Positions 1-12,570 of a DNA stretch of 64,000 nucleotides are shown here, in pieces. This DNA comes from Leucoraja ocellata (taxonomy: Eukaryota), in the NCBI GenBank assembly GCA_036785375.1, contig JAWMAR010000023.1:1116001-1180000 (forward strand), in the 5' to 3' direction. The notes below the pieces were generated by a model that saw only the letters and a list, made by a program, of their open reading frames with translations, had not been told where the DNA came from and searched no databases. How positions within the stretch are numbered: position 1 is the first letter of the stretch; the number at the start of each line of letters is the position of its first letter. A program made the position numbers and the translations under genes.

Positions 1-199
1 GCAGTTATCAGACAGTTGAACGGACCTCCCATTAGCTAAAGATGTAGTCCCAATAATGCCACCGATCTGGTTGTGGACCTTGCACTTTCTTTATCTGCAC
101 TTTCTCTGTAACTCTAACACTATAATTGTGCACTCTGTTTCAAGAGTCAAATGGTTTATTGGCATATGTTCTGAAATGGAACAATGATTTTTGCCCTTT

Positions 200-590
200 T
201 AGACCAGCTGCAAACCTCAGACCTCAGTAATGTGAGATTGAAGATGTCGGCAAAAACTCCAGTCATTTGGTCCACACGGGTTTTGTGAATGTGACCAGTA
301 AACTATCAGGTCCAGACGCTTTCCGAGGGTTCACTCTCCTGAAGGATCTTCTGACGTTGGCATCCTTGACTGAGATTGTAATACCATCGGGGGGCTATGG
401 GAGCGCAGGAAGGCACATCAGTGTTCTCCCTAGCAAAGCGTGCATAGAATGCAACGAGCTCTTCTGGTAGTGATGCCTCCCTGTCACTTGCACCTTGTAG
501 GAAGTGATGGTGTGTAAGCTCTGGTACAGGTGCCGAACTTCTGCCCGATCCTCTAGTTCACAGGCAAAAGTCTCCAGTGCCCTGCCATTC
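200..590 (-). mobile_element. Rex1/Babar-type LINE ORF2 fragment (a + strand Rex1-like 3' end also lies at about 1-140)
   Basis: The minus strand reads ...FYARFARENT...RRSFRRVNPRKASGPD, the region just upstream of RT in Rex1/Babar LINEs. Boundaries approximate. Confidence 0.6.
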
Positions 591-2448
591 ACTGAAGGCC
601 CCTGCCTTGATTTGACTTCCCAAAATGCAACACCTCTCCTCATCCCAAGAAGTTTATTTTCAAATTTGAGTCTGAGAGACTGATTTTAATTATCCAGCTT
701 ATTAAGGATAATGGAAATTAAATAAAATAGAACGTGCTGGGAATACTCACCAAATTAAACAGCACCCATGGGAGAAAGAATTGGTTAATATTTCAGATAC
801 CACTGAAGTATTAACTTTTTCTCTCTCACAGATGCTGCTTGACTTGCTGAATATTTGCCGCATTTCCAGTTTTTATTTCAGATTTCCAGAATCTGCAATA
901 CTTTGCCTTTTGATGAAAGAGACCGAGTTAGATCTTCAGTTAGGGTTACAAGTAAACACTGGCTGTGCAAATAATGTTAAATGGAAAATAAGTTGGATAT
1001 ACTCAGCAAGGCTGCCAGCAAAATAAAAGGATAAAATTAGAATTTTAAATGCAGGCCCATAACAATATTCATCTCAATTCTTGACCTGTTTTAAGATGAT
1101 AACACATTGTATATTTACAGTATTTCATGGGATTCATTGTATGTTTCTGGTTACAATTTAACCCAACATTGCATTTTATGTCTGTCTCTCTTTATAATGC
1201 AGGCGATGAAACCGTAATAGTGATAGAACAACTAACTGCTTGGTGTAGTCATGATGCATTTACTGCAAATACATATTCAGTTTACTCATTAATTTGGATC
1301 GTGTTTTGTTTTTGTGTTTGGGATTATGCATCTTAAAAGTTATCGATGGTCAAGAGTAACATAATGGCCATTAATGTAGGTTATTATCATTATGAGCAAC
1401 TAAGAATGTAATTGACTGATTAGCTAGGATGCAGTTAAGTAAAATAGGTTATCATTGTGATTGTTTGGATAATGCACTGTAAAACCAACTGTCCCTGGAG
1501 CATGCTAGTACTGACATACAAACATGATACATTTGCTTTCCCAGTTTATATTACCGAATCTCACTTATTTTAAGTAATGATACTGCTTTGGTTGGATAAT
1601 TATTTGAAAGTCGCTAAAGCGGCCCGAATGATCTAGAAATAAGTGAGAAATGGACTGTGAATGTTGTGCTTCCTTAGAATTAACACCAGAGAATTGTCTT
1701 TCATCCCTTCTCATCTGCATGTCACTAAATCCCTTCAATTGCCCTTCTCCCTTATTGAAATTAGTTTAATTTAAAATAGTTTCCTTGTACTTCTACTCTC
1801 TTTTTGTTCATCAGGTAGCTTATTTCAACAATTAGATGAACTATCCCTGTGAAAGTTTGCAGCAGGGGTAGTTCGAAACTAATGTGTTTCCATTCAGCTT
1901 AAGGGATTTTGCCACTCTAAGTTCCAGTTTTGACATTGAAATAACAATTAAGATGGGAAGATACCAACTTCATGTCCATAATATAGTTTTAACTGTTTCT
2001 GGATTCTCCGATATTTAATAAGTTACGGCGTGTCTCCATTATTTGATAATATTGAACCAAATAACGTTTGTACTTGGGATTAGATCAACAAGTAACTTCT
2101 TAGAAGGAAAATGCTGGAAAAGGATTGATGCTGACTTTCAGCAGAAATCTAATTTACTTTTTTGTTGCATCTGTGACAAAGAAACAATATCCATGTGCAG
2201 TTGGTGAAAATGTTATTTTTTTTTCTATATTCCATGTTCTCTCTGCTGAGCAAACAATCAGGCCCTGATGGGCAGGGCATGCCCTGCAGTTGAATAATCA
2301 CTTGAACAAACAGCACAGATAAACTGATTGCTCAACCTATAGGTGACTAGAAAGGATGACATTGCTGCCCCGAGGAGCAATATGTAATGACCCATGTGAG
2401 GGATTCATGTGGATTTTGTAGATCTGTAATCAGCTTGAATAAGTAACT

Positions 2449-2597
2449 TAGTCGGAAGTCTTTAGTCTGAAGAAGTGATCCAATCCGAAACCGCACCTAA
2501 TCCTTTTCTCTAGAGATGCTGCCTGACCCACTGAGTTACTCCAGTGTTTTGCGTCTATCTTTGGTATAAACCAGCATCTGCAGTTCCTTCCTACACA
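2449..2597 (+). mobile_element. Short Penelope-derived insert with decayed hammerhead motif
   Basis: CTGAAGA at 2467 ... CCGAAAC, then the family tail AGAGATGCTGCCTGACCC.CTGAGTTACTCCAG. TSD TGAATAAGT(A/T)ACT at 2436-2448 and 2598-2610. Confidence 0.75.
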
Positions 2598-3003
2598 TGA
2601 ATAAGTTACTAGACGTGAAGATAGTTATGACTTTTTAAGTTAAAGCCATTGTGATGTAGAGTAAAATATTATGTTGTTCTGGTAGATTATGTGGTGTTTA
2701 AAATATTTATTTCTGATTGCTGTGCTATAGTTTCAATTTTCCAAGGAATGGAATGCTATTAAACAGTGGTCATTGAGCATATCACTTTCAGAGGAAGCTT
2801 TTAGCAATGAGTTCTGCATTTGGATTATTTGCTAAAACTTCGGGCAATCATCCATGCTCAATCCATTCAAGCTGTTAACATTTTCTGAATGTAGCGACTG
2901 AGATCCGATTGATCGGTTTAATGTGTATTGAGGATTTTAATGTTTTATTAAATTACAGGCCTTTTCTCATTTTTAATGTAGCCATGGATTTCTTTTTATA
3001 CAG

Positions 3004-3096
3004 GCAGCCTTCCAGTCTGGCCAGAATGCAGCTCCACCTCCTCTTGTGTACTCCCAAAATCCACAGACAATGACTACGCAACCACAGGCAAGACAG
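3004..3096 (+). CDS. EIF4G3: EIF4G3 exon (93 nt, phase 0-0): AAFQSGQNAAPPPLVYSQNPQTMTTQPQARQ; internal ATG at 3070
   Basis: Pyrimidine tract + tacag acceptor; CAG|gtaagc donor. The peptide resembles the eIF4G3 segment ...SGQNA...LVY.Q.PQTMNSQPQ (recalled). Open and in frame with downstream exons. Confidence 0.88.
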
Positions 3097-3749
3097 GTAA
3101 GCTCTCCCTGGGAAATTGCCAATGCAGCATCTTGATTTCATTCACAATTATTATTCTATTGTTAAAAGGCATGCTATTAGTGTTATGCATTTTATTTTCA
3201 GTGCTTTCCACAACAGAATAATTGCCACCCAGTCATTGATAACTACAACACAAAATAAAAGCTGAAAATGCTGCAAATACTGCGCAGATCAGCTGCCTAT
3301 GTGGGAAGAGAGTGTTATCGTTTTAGGTCCAGCGTCTTTCATCAAAACTGGAAAGGAGAGAGAGAAGTTTGTAAAGCTGTAGGGAGGGTCGGGATATCGG
3401 TGGGAGGGGGAGACGTAGGGTTGTAGATGAGATGGATGTCTTTGGTAAATCTGATCACGGCCAAACTGTATCCAAGATTATTTGTCAATGAGTGCATGGA
3501 AGAAGTTATATAGTGAGAACATGGACAAAAGAACATCAACAAAATAACATGGAAGTTGCAATATGCAAAGCTGGAAGACATGCCCCCCAGGCCCAGAACA
3601 GAACAAGCAATGAGTTCCCAGGAGCTCTCTGAGACCTGAGACTCTGACCCCACAGATAAACACCAATATCAAGTCCCAGACCGTTTCTGATTTAATCGTC
3701 TGACGATCTCCCCCCATAACTTCCAATCATATCGTTCCCCAGCCCCGCA

Positions 3750-4400
3750 TTGTGTGTTTCTATATCCTCCCCAAAAGCCGCAAACAGGACTGCCCTGGCA
3801 GACCCATCGTCTCTGCAACCCCTTGACGCACTGAACTCATCTCCACAGTCCTTCCCACCTACATCCAAGACACTCACATGCCCATTCAATAACTTTCTAG
3901 ACCTAAACTTCAAATTTACCTGGACTATCACTGACCTCTCTGCCCTTTCTTGATCACTTTGTCTCCATCACAGGCGACAGACAATTGACTGACGTTTACT
4001 ACAAACCCACTAACTACCACAGTTATCTGGACAACACTTCCTCCCACCCTGCCTTTTGCAAAGACTGTGTTCCCTACTCTCAATTAATCCATCTCCGTGG
4101 CATCTTCTCCCAATATGAGGCGTTCTATGCAAGGACATTGGAGGTCCTCTTTCTTTAGTAAGTGTGGTTTCCCCCTCCATATGGCAATGGTGGATCCCTC
4201 ACCCACTTTTCCTTTTGTCCTGTAGTTCTGATCTCACTCTAACCACCCCCCCCTCTGTATCTCCTTCCCAGTTCTAACAAAATACATTTGACCTGAAAAG
4301 GTCATTCTTGTTTCTCTTCCTAAAAATACTGCTTGACTTGATCTGTGTTTCTGGCATTTTCTTTTTGGATTTAGATTTATAGCATCACCAGACATTTTGA
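3750..4400 (+). mobile_element. Decayed Penelope-like element fragment (RT C-terminal part and tail)
   Basis: LNFKFTWTI / TDVYYKPT...SYLD-like motifs, homologous to the 33360-34835 copy. Confidence 0.7.
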
Positions 4401-7274
4401 TTTATATTTATATGTTAACACAGTTTTGTTTAATAGAACTTGCTATATAATATTTGTAAGGAATATCAGCCATGATCGGTCGGTGTTGTCGACGTATCAT
4501 AACATTTTTATGAACGATATACCAATCTGTTACACAACTCAAGAATTACCATCTTGGGAGTAGTTTTTCCTGAATATTTATATTATTCACAAATTATTAT
4601 AATTCAAAATATACTTTTTAAAATTTAATTGATGCTGAAACTCTTACTTATTTGAGCAAGCTTAAACAACTTTTGGGCATTTTAATGAGCAGAATTGCCT
4701 GCAAGATTGATTTATTGCATATTGCCTAATTCACAAAGACTATCATTATTCCTTTTAATATTAGTAGTAAACATGAGAATCATTAGTTGTCATAGATTCT
4801 TCATTACCTCTTCACTTTGTAGAGTCCTGTAAAAAGTGTCTTGAAAAAAGCATTTCCTTACTTTACCCAAAGAAATCTGACTTCTTGGTGACAATTTCTT
4901 TCTGTACCAAAATGATCCAACAACACTTTTTGCCATGTACCATGCGAAAGCTGCAGCAGGAATGATCAAGTTTGTCTCACTTGGTATCTTTTTGGTCTTC
5001 CTTTGGACAGAAAGAGCAGAGAGATAGTACTCTTTTAGTCCTGTTGAAGGGTCTCTACCCAAAATGTCTATTGTCCATTTCCCTGCTCAGAGGTTGCCCG
5101 GCCCTCTGGGTTCCTTCAGCAGCTCTATTTCATTGGATTCCAACACCTGCAGTCTCTTGTGCTTCAATATCCCTTTTAACTGACTCCCTCTTGTGGAGCT
5201 ATAATGATATTTATATCTGTGTATAACACCCACTTAAGTTTGATACTTATTTTGCTAAGTCTCTTCCTAAAAGACTCTTGAGATGTTTTGCTCACTTGTG
5301 AGAGATTTATTTTCCCTTTTTAATGAACTGTGCCAATTGTGCTCAACAAAGAATTATTGGAATTCATCTGTGTGTAGTATTGAGATCTTGCTTGTTGACT
5401 ACCTCCATCGATTACAGAATATTTTCAATATGTTTTCCTGTCTCCCTGTCAACTCTTTGCTTATTGCTGATAACCCAGGATTGCTGATAATAGTATTTTT
5501 ATGGCATAATCCTCGTGGACGGCAGCCACTCTTTCTCCATCTATTCCTTTCTCAGCTGCCCCATCAAAAGTAATCATCCCTTTTGCTGAAATAATCTTTT
5601 TTACTCCATCATTTACCTTTTTTCTTAAGCTTGAAAAACGTAAACATCTTGAATTAAAATAAAAAAAAATTGCAATAAGCTTCAAGTACAGAGAAAATGG
5701 TGAATAGGTTCAGCAGAAAGTGAATGAAGTCACGGCATGTTTTCCTTGTAGTCCATGCCTTAATGGAATTGGTTGCTGTTTCTTTTCCTTTGGTTCTTAT
5801 TTTCAGACCTCATTCTTGATCACTCCTTTCATATCTTACCAAACTAAACTTACCACTTGCAATTTACCTTTTTTTCTATCTGGTCATCAAGACTAGGCTT
5901 TGAAATGATCTCTCATGTGAGTGCTTTAGAGCATTCAAAATGTGCATATCTGAGTTAATTTGACATCTATCTCTATTTTGTAAAGTACAATTCTATTGGA
6001 CTGACGACTTGTTAGCAAGTCCGAACTGCTGTTCTTATCCAATACACACAACTACTGCCATGGCTATTGTTCACTTGGTCATTCCTCTGCAGTCATTTGG
6101 TATTGAGATGCAGGTTATTTTCTACTAATATCCTTGGCCTATACATGCCATATTTCTGCCGTGTTTCACCAATGTATTAGCAAAAAACATCTTAGACCTG
6201 GACTGTTGCGTCTTGGGATTTTGCTAAGTCAGTACAAGCAGTTGAAATAACATACCGTTTCTAATTTAACTAAATTAAATTAAACAATGTCTACTGTATG
6301 TTTCTCAATGAACTAAGTAAATCAGTTTGTGCATTATTATCAGAACTAGCATTAATGAAGATGGGTAATTTATCCAAAGTTTTAGACTTTCAGCATTTCA
6401 ATGTTAGTTGAGGTGACTCCTCTAAGATATTACCTTACAGATAGCTGGTTGACGAGATGTATGCCATTATTGCCATTTCAAAGTGATTACAAGGATGTGG
6501 GCAAGAATGTTTTTGCCTTGTGCTTTATTTGAGACATGCATTCAGAAACATTGTTAAAATAAGCCAGTGATTTATATTTAAAAATGACACTTTGATTGTG
6601 ATCTTATTGTATGTTTTAATCTCAGGCCCCTTTATCCCTCTGTAATTGCTACGTTTTTGATCCTGTCATTGCCCTAAATTGATATTGTCCAGCTGGGTTG
6701 GACATTCCATGTCTGAATTCTGTCCTGCCCTATCTAATTGTAGCACAGTGCATCTTTGGTAGTGCTTCCTCCTCTGCAATTTGAAGAATCTGTCTTTGTT
6801 ATCCTTTTTCTCATGTACGTGTGCCTGTAATATCAATGTAGCTTACTCATCTCAAATGGGTTTGTTATCATTTATTGCCTCAATGTTCAACAGTTTTTCC
6901 TCTTTAAAAGTAGTTTGCATAAATGTTGGTTTTTAATTGATATTATTCATTTTGATTCTTTGAAAATTGCAATTACACCAAGCATTGTCCTTAAGCACAA
7001 GGTAAATATTTCCTTTTTAAGGCGTCAAGATCGTGATCTCATTTAATTTCAGTTTAGCAGAAAAATTAATTTGTGTATGATGGAATGCTGCCTTGTAATT
7101 CTGATTTGTGGAAAGCTTTAATTTTCTTTTAAACCTAATGTGTGTTTAGTGACATCAAGTGCTGGTATATTAGAACTGTGGTTTAATGCTTGTGCTTTTG
7201 AGTTTTCTAGTCTGTCCTTGCGTTCTTGCTGACTCTGTGTGCCTTTCCCTTGTGTATTTCTTACTTCTCTTCAG

Positions 7275-7307
7275 TTCGCAGCAGGGCCCCGGGCTGCCCA
7301 CCACCAG
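7275..7307 (+). CDS. EIF4G3: EIF4G3 33-nt cassette exon: FAAGPRAAHHQ
   Basis: Long pyrimidine tract ending ttctcttcag, donor CAG|gtattt. Frame-preserving GC-rich island in an AT-rich intron. Resembles the eIF4G3 alternative peptide FAAGPRPPHHQ. Confidence 0.85.
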
Positions 7308-8589
7308 GTATTTACCCCATTCACTTCATACATCTCAATTTTTGCCAAATTAAATATTAGCCTTAATGAGTAGTTCTCACTTTACTGATCGAACAATGCA
7401 CTTTATTAAATGGGGAAAGATCAAATTGCATTCAGTCTCCCAAAAATTGTCGACATTTGGCTTGAGCAACTGACCTTAAACGTAAAAAAAATTAATATGT
7501 TCAAAATGGTCTTCAAGCAAAACTCCTTTTGGCCACTAATAACTGTTTGGCCTGTTGGCTGCTAATGATTGAAAATGTTTAACTTCCTAATTTTCACCAT
7601 TTCTATTGCAATGAATTGCTGGGTGAGGAGTGGATCTGATTTTCTTTAATCATGTTTGATTAAAAACTAAGTGGTTGAGACTAAGTGGTCAAACTATCAA
7701 TAGTTTAAATGCTTGATAATATGAACACATCCTCTGGTTTTAGATTGTTAATGGAGGTTAGTAAGAAAATTGTTATGGCTTTATCTACAATCTTACAAAC
7801 ATCCATAGATTCAGGATTGGTGCCTGAAAACTAGAAATTCTAAGCATTACCACACCATTGTACAGAAATGAATGAAGCCAGTAACTGGACAAGTCAATTT
7901 GACTTCAGTAGTGGGGAAATTTCTAGATGTGATTAGTGATAGAATTGGTGGTCACTTGGACAAGTATAGCTTGATCAGAGAAAGCTTCTTTGGCTCTGCT
8001 AAAGAAATCATGTCGAACTAATTTGACATTTTTTTGTGAGGTATTGGAGTGGAATTTCTCTCATCATGTGTATCAACTATCTTAAATTGGTTGCTCGTAG
8101 TCATTTCTCTACTCAGTAAAATCCAATTCCATCATTCATCCAAAGCTTTCAGTATTAGATCTCAGTTAAATCTGTCATTGGCTTTTTTTTGTAGATCTCA
8201 TTTGTGCCCTCTTGGGTGCTACTAATTTCCAACAAGGTAGTAACCAGAACTGCTGTAACCAGTACTCCAGCTGGCAGGTATAGCTTGCAGAACTCAAGTT
8301 TTTCCTTGGGCACTCTCCTTTCAATACACGCTATCATAAGCCACCAATAGTAATCTTCTAATTACTACTTTTGTTTGCCTGCATTGTAATCTCCTTCCTA
8401 TCTTCCTGAATAGTAATTGCAGGACCACATGGAAATGTTATTTCCCGTATTATTAATGTTTTGTGTTTTCTTACTTGCATTTCTCTTTACATCATTAACC
8501 TTAATATCGATCACGATTGCTGAGATTTCATCATCCCGAGCAGAATATTCTATAGCCATTGCTGATGATTTTCACTCTAGCACTCGAGT

Positions 8590-9040
8590 CTAACTGCAAC
8601 CATCACACAAACGAATCGCCCTTCCATTGACACTTCAAGCTGCCTCGGCAAGGCCACCGACATAATCAAGGACGAGCCTCAGCCCAGTCACTTCCTCTTC
8701 TCCTCTCTCCCATCAGGCAAGAGGTACAGAAGTGTGACAACTTGTGTCTCCAAATTCAGGGACTGTTTCTTCCCAGCTGTTATCAGGCAACTGAACCGTC
8801 CTATCGACAACTAGAGAGTGGTCCTGAGCTACTACTTACCTCATTAGAGCCCCGCGGATTATCTTTAATGGGACCTATACTGGACTTTATCTTGCACTAA
8901 ATGTTATTCCCCTTATCATGTATGTCACTGTGGTCGTCTCAATTGTAATCATGTATAGTCTTCCCGCTAACTGGTTAGCACGCTACAAAAAGATTTTCAC
9001 TGTATGTCGATACATGTGACGGTAAACAAAACTAAACCAA
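8590..9040 (+). mobile_element. Rex1/Babar-type LINE 3' end
   Basis: LPSID...CLGKA..IIKD...LFSSLPSGKRYRS...RDCFFP-like coding remnant, followed by a 3' UTR ending in a CTAAA-type tail. Confidence 0.65.
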
Positions 9041-9680
9041 AGTTTCCAAAATCAAAACAAAATACTTTTTAGATTCCATTCCATTCTTTTCCCGAAGAGA
9101 TCTGCTGTTTATTTTCTTGCTGTTAGACGGAGCTTGTCCTCAAAGCCCCCCAACCTTTCACTTAATCCCTTTTTGAACTGCTAACCATCCAAATTTCTCC
9201 CCTCATCCCAATGCTGACCATGACTAATTTATCTCAATCCTTTAACGTTACTACTCCCTTGCTGAAAAAATGTTCCGCTCTTTCAAGTGTCCACTCCGTA
9301 AATGGACCGAGGACAAAAGCCTGAGAAAAAGTTAAAGCATGGTGGAAGATGTACATTTATCTCCATGTTATGACTGAAAAATATTGTGACTATGCAGAAG
9401 ACACATCAGTGGGTCAACAGAGTGCAGTTGTGATGTAAATAAATGGTCCAGGTTTTTGACAAGTAGATTAGTTTTTGACAGACTCATTTTTAAAAAATTT
9501 GTTTCAAAAAATGTTTTGAAGAAGTAACTGGGTTTAAGGAGCTTCACAAAAGCTGATACCGAAGGGAAATATAGAAGGAAGATCCAGAGCTTAGCGTCTT
9601 GGCAATTGAAAGCATAGCTGTTGATTATGAAGTGATTAAATTCAGTGATGATCAGAAGGCTGGAATTATCTAATGTGCCG

Positions 9681-9776
9681 AAAGATAAACACAAAAAGCT
9701 GGACTAACTCAGCGGGTCAGACAGCATCTCTGGAGAAAAGGAATAGGTGACATTTCAGATCGAGATCCTTCTCCAG
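9681..9776 (-). mobile_element. Short Penelope-derived hammerhead-family insert (decayed core)
   Basis: The reverse complement gives CTGGAGAAGGATCTCGATCTGAAATGTCACC plus the family tail. Confidence 0.7.
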
Positions 9777-10439
9777 AAAAATATATCTTGGTAGTAATGG
9801 GGCAGGAACAGATGAGAGAAAAAAGGAGGGACAAGATGGATGGATTGATCTGCAAACAAAGATGAACATTTTAAAATCAACATGTCATTTGAAGATGAAC
9901 AAATGTAGAGCTGATGATGAACAATACTTAAAGTTAAGACAAGGCCTTTCAGATCACAACATCGCAAGTATACAGAGAGTAAACGAGGAAAATCTGAAAT
10001 GAATGCATCATAATAGACAATGCTGGGTGTTACAAAGGCATAACTAAGGGTTTCAGAAGCAGCGGAAGCAACAGTGGAGACAGGTAACGCTATGAAGGTG
10101 GTAATAATGATTTTGAAAAGTGATAGTGATGTGGCCCACAACCCATCTCGAGCAGTCTGGTTCAGTTTCAGATAGGGAAATGGATAGTGTTTGTGTCAAG
10201 ACTTTGTTTTGGGAATTAAAGTTGACAGCTATTCTTAATATTTAGCTGAAACATATACTCAAAAGTTAATGGACAAATGTTTAGACAGTTTAAAGATAAT
10301 AAAAGAGGTAAATGCATGCATGGACATGGTAATTGAGGAAATGGACTCTTATCATATTCAAAAGTACCCACCATTAATACTTTAAAAATAAATTGAGGCC
10401 AATGAGGAGCCAAAAAATATGACTGACAGACTAGATTAA

Positions 10440-10790
10440 GGAAAATCCCAAAGCGCGTTGAGTATATTAAAGGAGTGGAATATTTCAGTTATGAGGAGAG
10501 ACTGATCGACTGGTTATGTTTTTCTTGGAATGGAGGATGCTGAGCGTGGACCCGATCAGGTACATAATATTATGAGGGGCGCAGGTAATTTCTTCCTCCA
10601 TAGCAGAAGCATCTAAGACTAGAGGGCATAGATTTAGGGTACTGTCTGAATAGGTGGGGCAGATACTCTTGCAAGATTTAATTATCTAGACATGTGCTTA
10701 ATAAATGCATAGAATGTATGGACCTGGTGCTGGTAAATGGGATTAATATGGTCAGCATGGATGCGCTGCATGCCCCAATGGCAACAATAT
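10440..10790 (+). mobile_element. Old CR1 LINE 3' fragment
   Basis: SYEERL.RL..FFLEWRML...-like remnant and CR1 3' UTR features. Confidence 0.55.
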
Positions 10791-11499
10791 GCCTTTTTAT
10801 ATTGCTGCCAAAATGGTCAATTTCATATTTTTTCACATATTCTATTTTCCAGATTTTGACCCACTCATAAGTCTTTGTCTCTTTGTAGACTCTGTCCCCT
10901 TTACAACTTTCTTCCCTAGCAGTCTTTGTATCTTCTGCAGATCTAGCTATCATACCTTCTGTCTTCATCCTTGAAGGTACCAAAGGTATTGATGTTAAAT
11001 GTATATAAATTGTAAAAAGGTAAAGCTCCAGCACTGATTCATGAGGTAGACCATTTGTTGCATTTGTCAACCAGAAAAAATCCCATTTAATCTCATTGTA
11101 TTCCTGGGTGCCAGCCAATGTCTATCCATGTGAATATGTTGGTTCCCAAACTGTGAGCTGCTTTTTGTCTACAGTAGCATTTGATGCGGGCCTTTTGAAA
11201 TGCTGTCCTGAAATCTAAGTATAGTGCATCCATTGCTCCCTTTATTCACGATACGTTACCTTTCACGGTGCTCTTTTCACAAAAACTTGTTGGCATTGCC
11301 TGAAAAAAACAAAACAAATGCAGCTTACCTGGTTGATTGACAATGGTGAGCAGGTGGAAGATGATACAATTCAGTATGAAAAATAGTACAATCTTTGTGA
11401 AAGACAAGGAGGAAGGATTGTTTACCTTTGCCATATTTGCCTTGGATGTCATAAGAAACTTTGTGTACAATTTTCGGTTCAAAGTCTTCAAATCCTTGG

Positions 11500-12120
11500 A
11501 GAAGTTTGCATGAGGTCTGGGTAAGCCATCCATATGCTGAAGAAGTTTAGAGGAAAGAAAAATGGAAGATTGGGTAGTGATTTGGAAGAATGGAGAAACA
11601 TGGATTTTTCAGTAGGTTGATGATCGCTGATTTGAAGGCATGGGGGGGGGGGGGGGGGGAGACAATGCCTGAAGATGAAGAAATGTTGTGGTGCCAGGGT
11701 ACATGTTGGGTGGTCCAAGGAGGACGAAGGCCTTGTTAAAAGAATAACTTCATAGAGTGAGGATATGTGATTGCATGGCAGGCAGCAGCTGGAAAGGTGG
11801 AAGAGAAGCTTAAATGCTATTCTGGGGATAAGGTTTGTGGAGGGAGGTGATGGGAAGAGAAAGTAGTTGCAGGCAATTAAAAAAAATGGCTCAGTGGTGT
11901 GTAAGATTATCTGAGCCAGTGTATACAGAATAGTGAACAAGGTCAATGGATGTAAAGGTTGACATTTCCAGCGATGATAAGTTCTTCAGTGCAGAGGCTA
12001 AAGGAAGCAGTGAAAATAGCTTTAAGGATTTTGTTTGTGGTGCACTTGAAAGGTAGATTGTAGACAATCAATGGAACATTTCCCTGGAGTGTAGGTTGGC
12101 TGGAGAGTAGGTTTAGGAAA
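11500..12120 (-). mobile_element. Old LINE (L2-like) fragment
   Basis: Purine-rich on the + strand; the minus translation includes TRPSSSLDHPT, resembling the L2 'KPT.C.LDP.PT' region. Very decayed. Confidence 0.35.
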
Positions 12121-12409
12121 AAAACAAGGTGCATGAGGAACTCAATGCTTCAAGCCGCATCTGTGGAGGAAATAGACAGATGACGTTTCAGGTAGGACCC
12201 TTCCTAATCCAAATCGATCTAAAGATCACCTGTCCACTTCCTCCACAAATTCTGCTGCACCCACTAAGCACTCATTGTGTCTCCATAGCTCAGTAGGAGT
12301 TACTTCTTTTACCAAAACGCATCGAAAGATTACAAAGGAGGAGCTGTGGATTGATGTATCAAGTCATTGAGCCATGTGCACGAGTGAAAAATGCACATTA
12401 AGCCCGTTT

Positions 12410-12570
12410 TATGCATTTCACCCATTTTGTGTGCTTCTGAGATGGAGACTACCCACCACAGCACTGGAAAAATGCATCAAACTTGTCTCTGCAATATCCT
12501 CCAGATCCCGTAGCAGGATAATTCGGCATCATCTCCAAGGCCGTCACCTCTAAAACAGAGGTTCTCCGTG
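12410..12570 (+). mobile_element. RTE-type LINE fragment
   Basis: Frameshifted LEK.HQTCLCNILQI..QD...TEVL, similar to the RTE post-RT motif. Confidence 0.45.
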
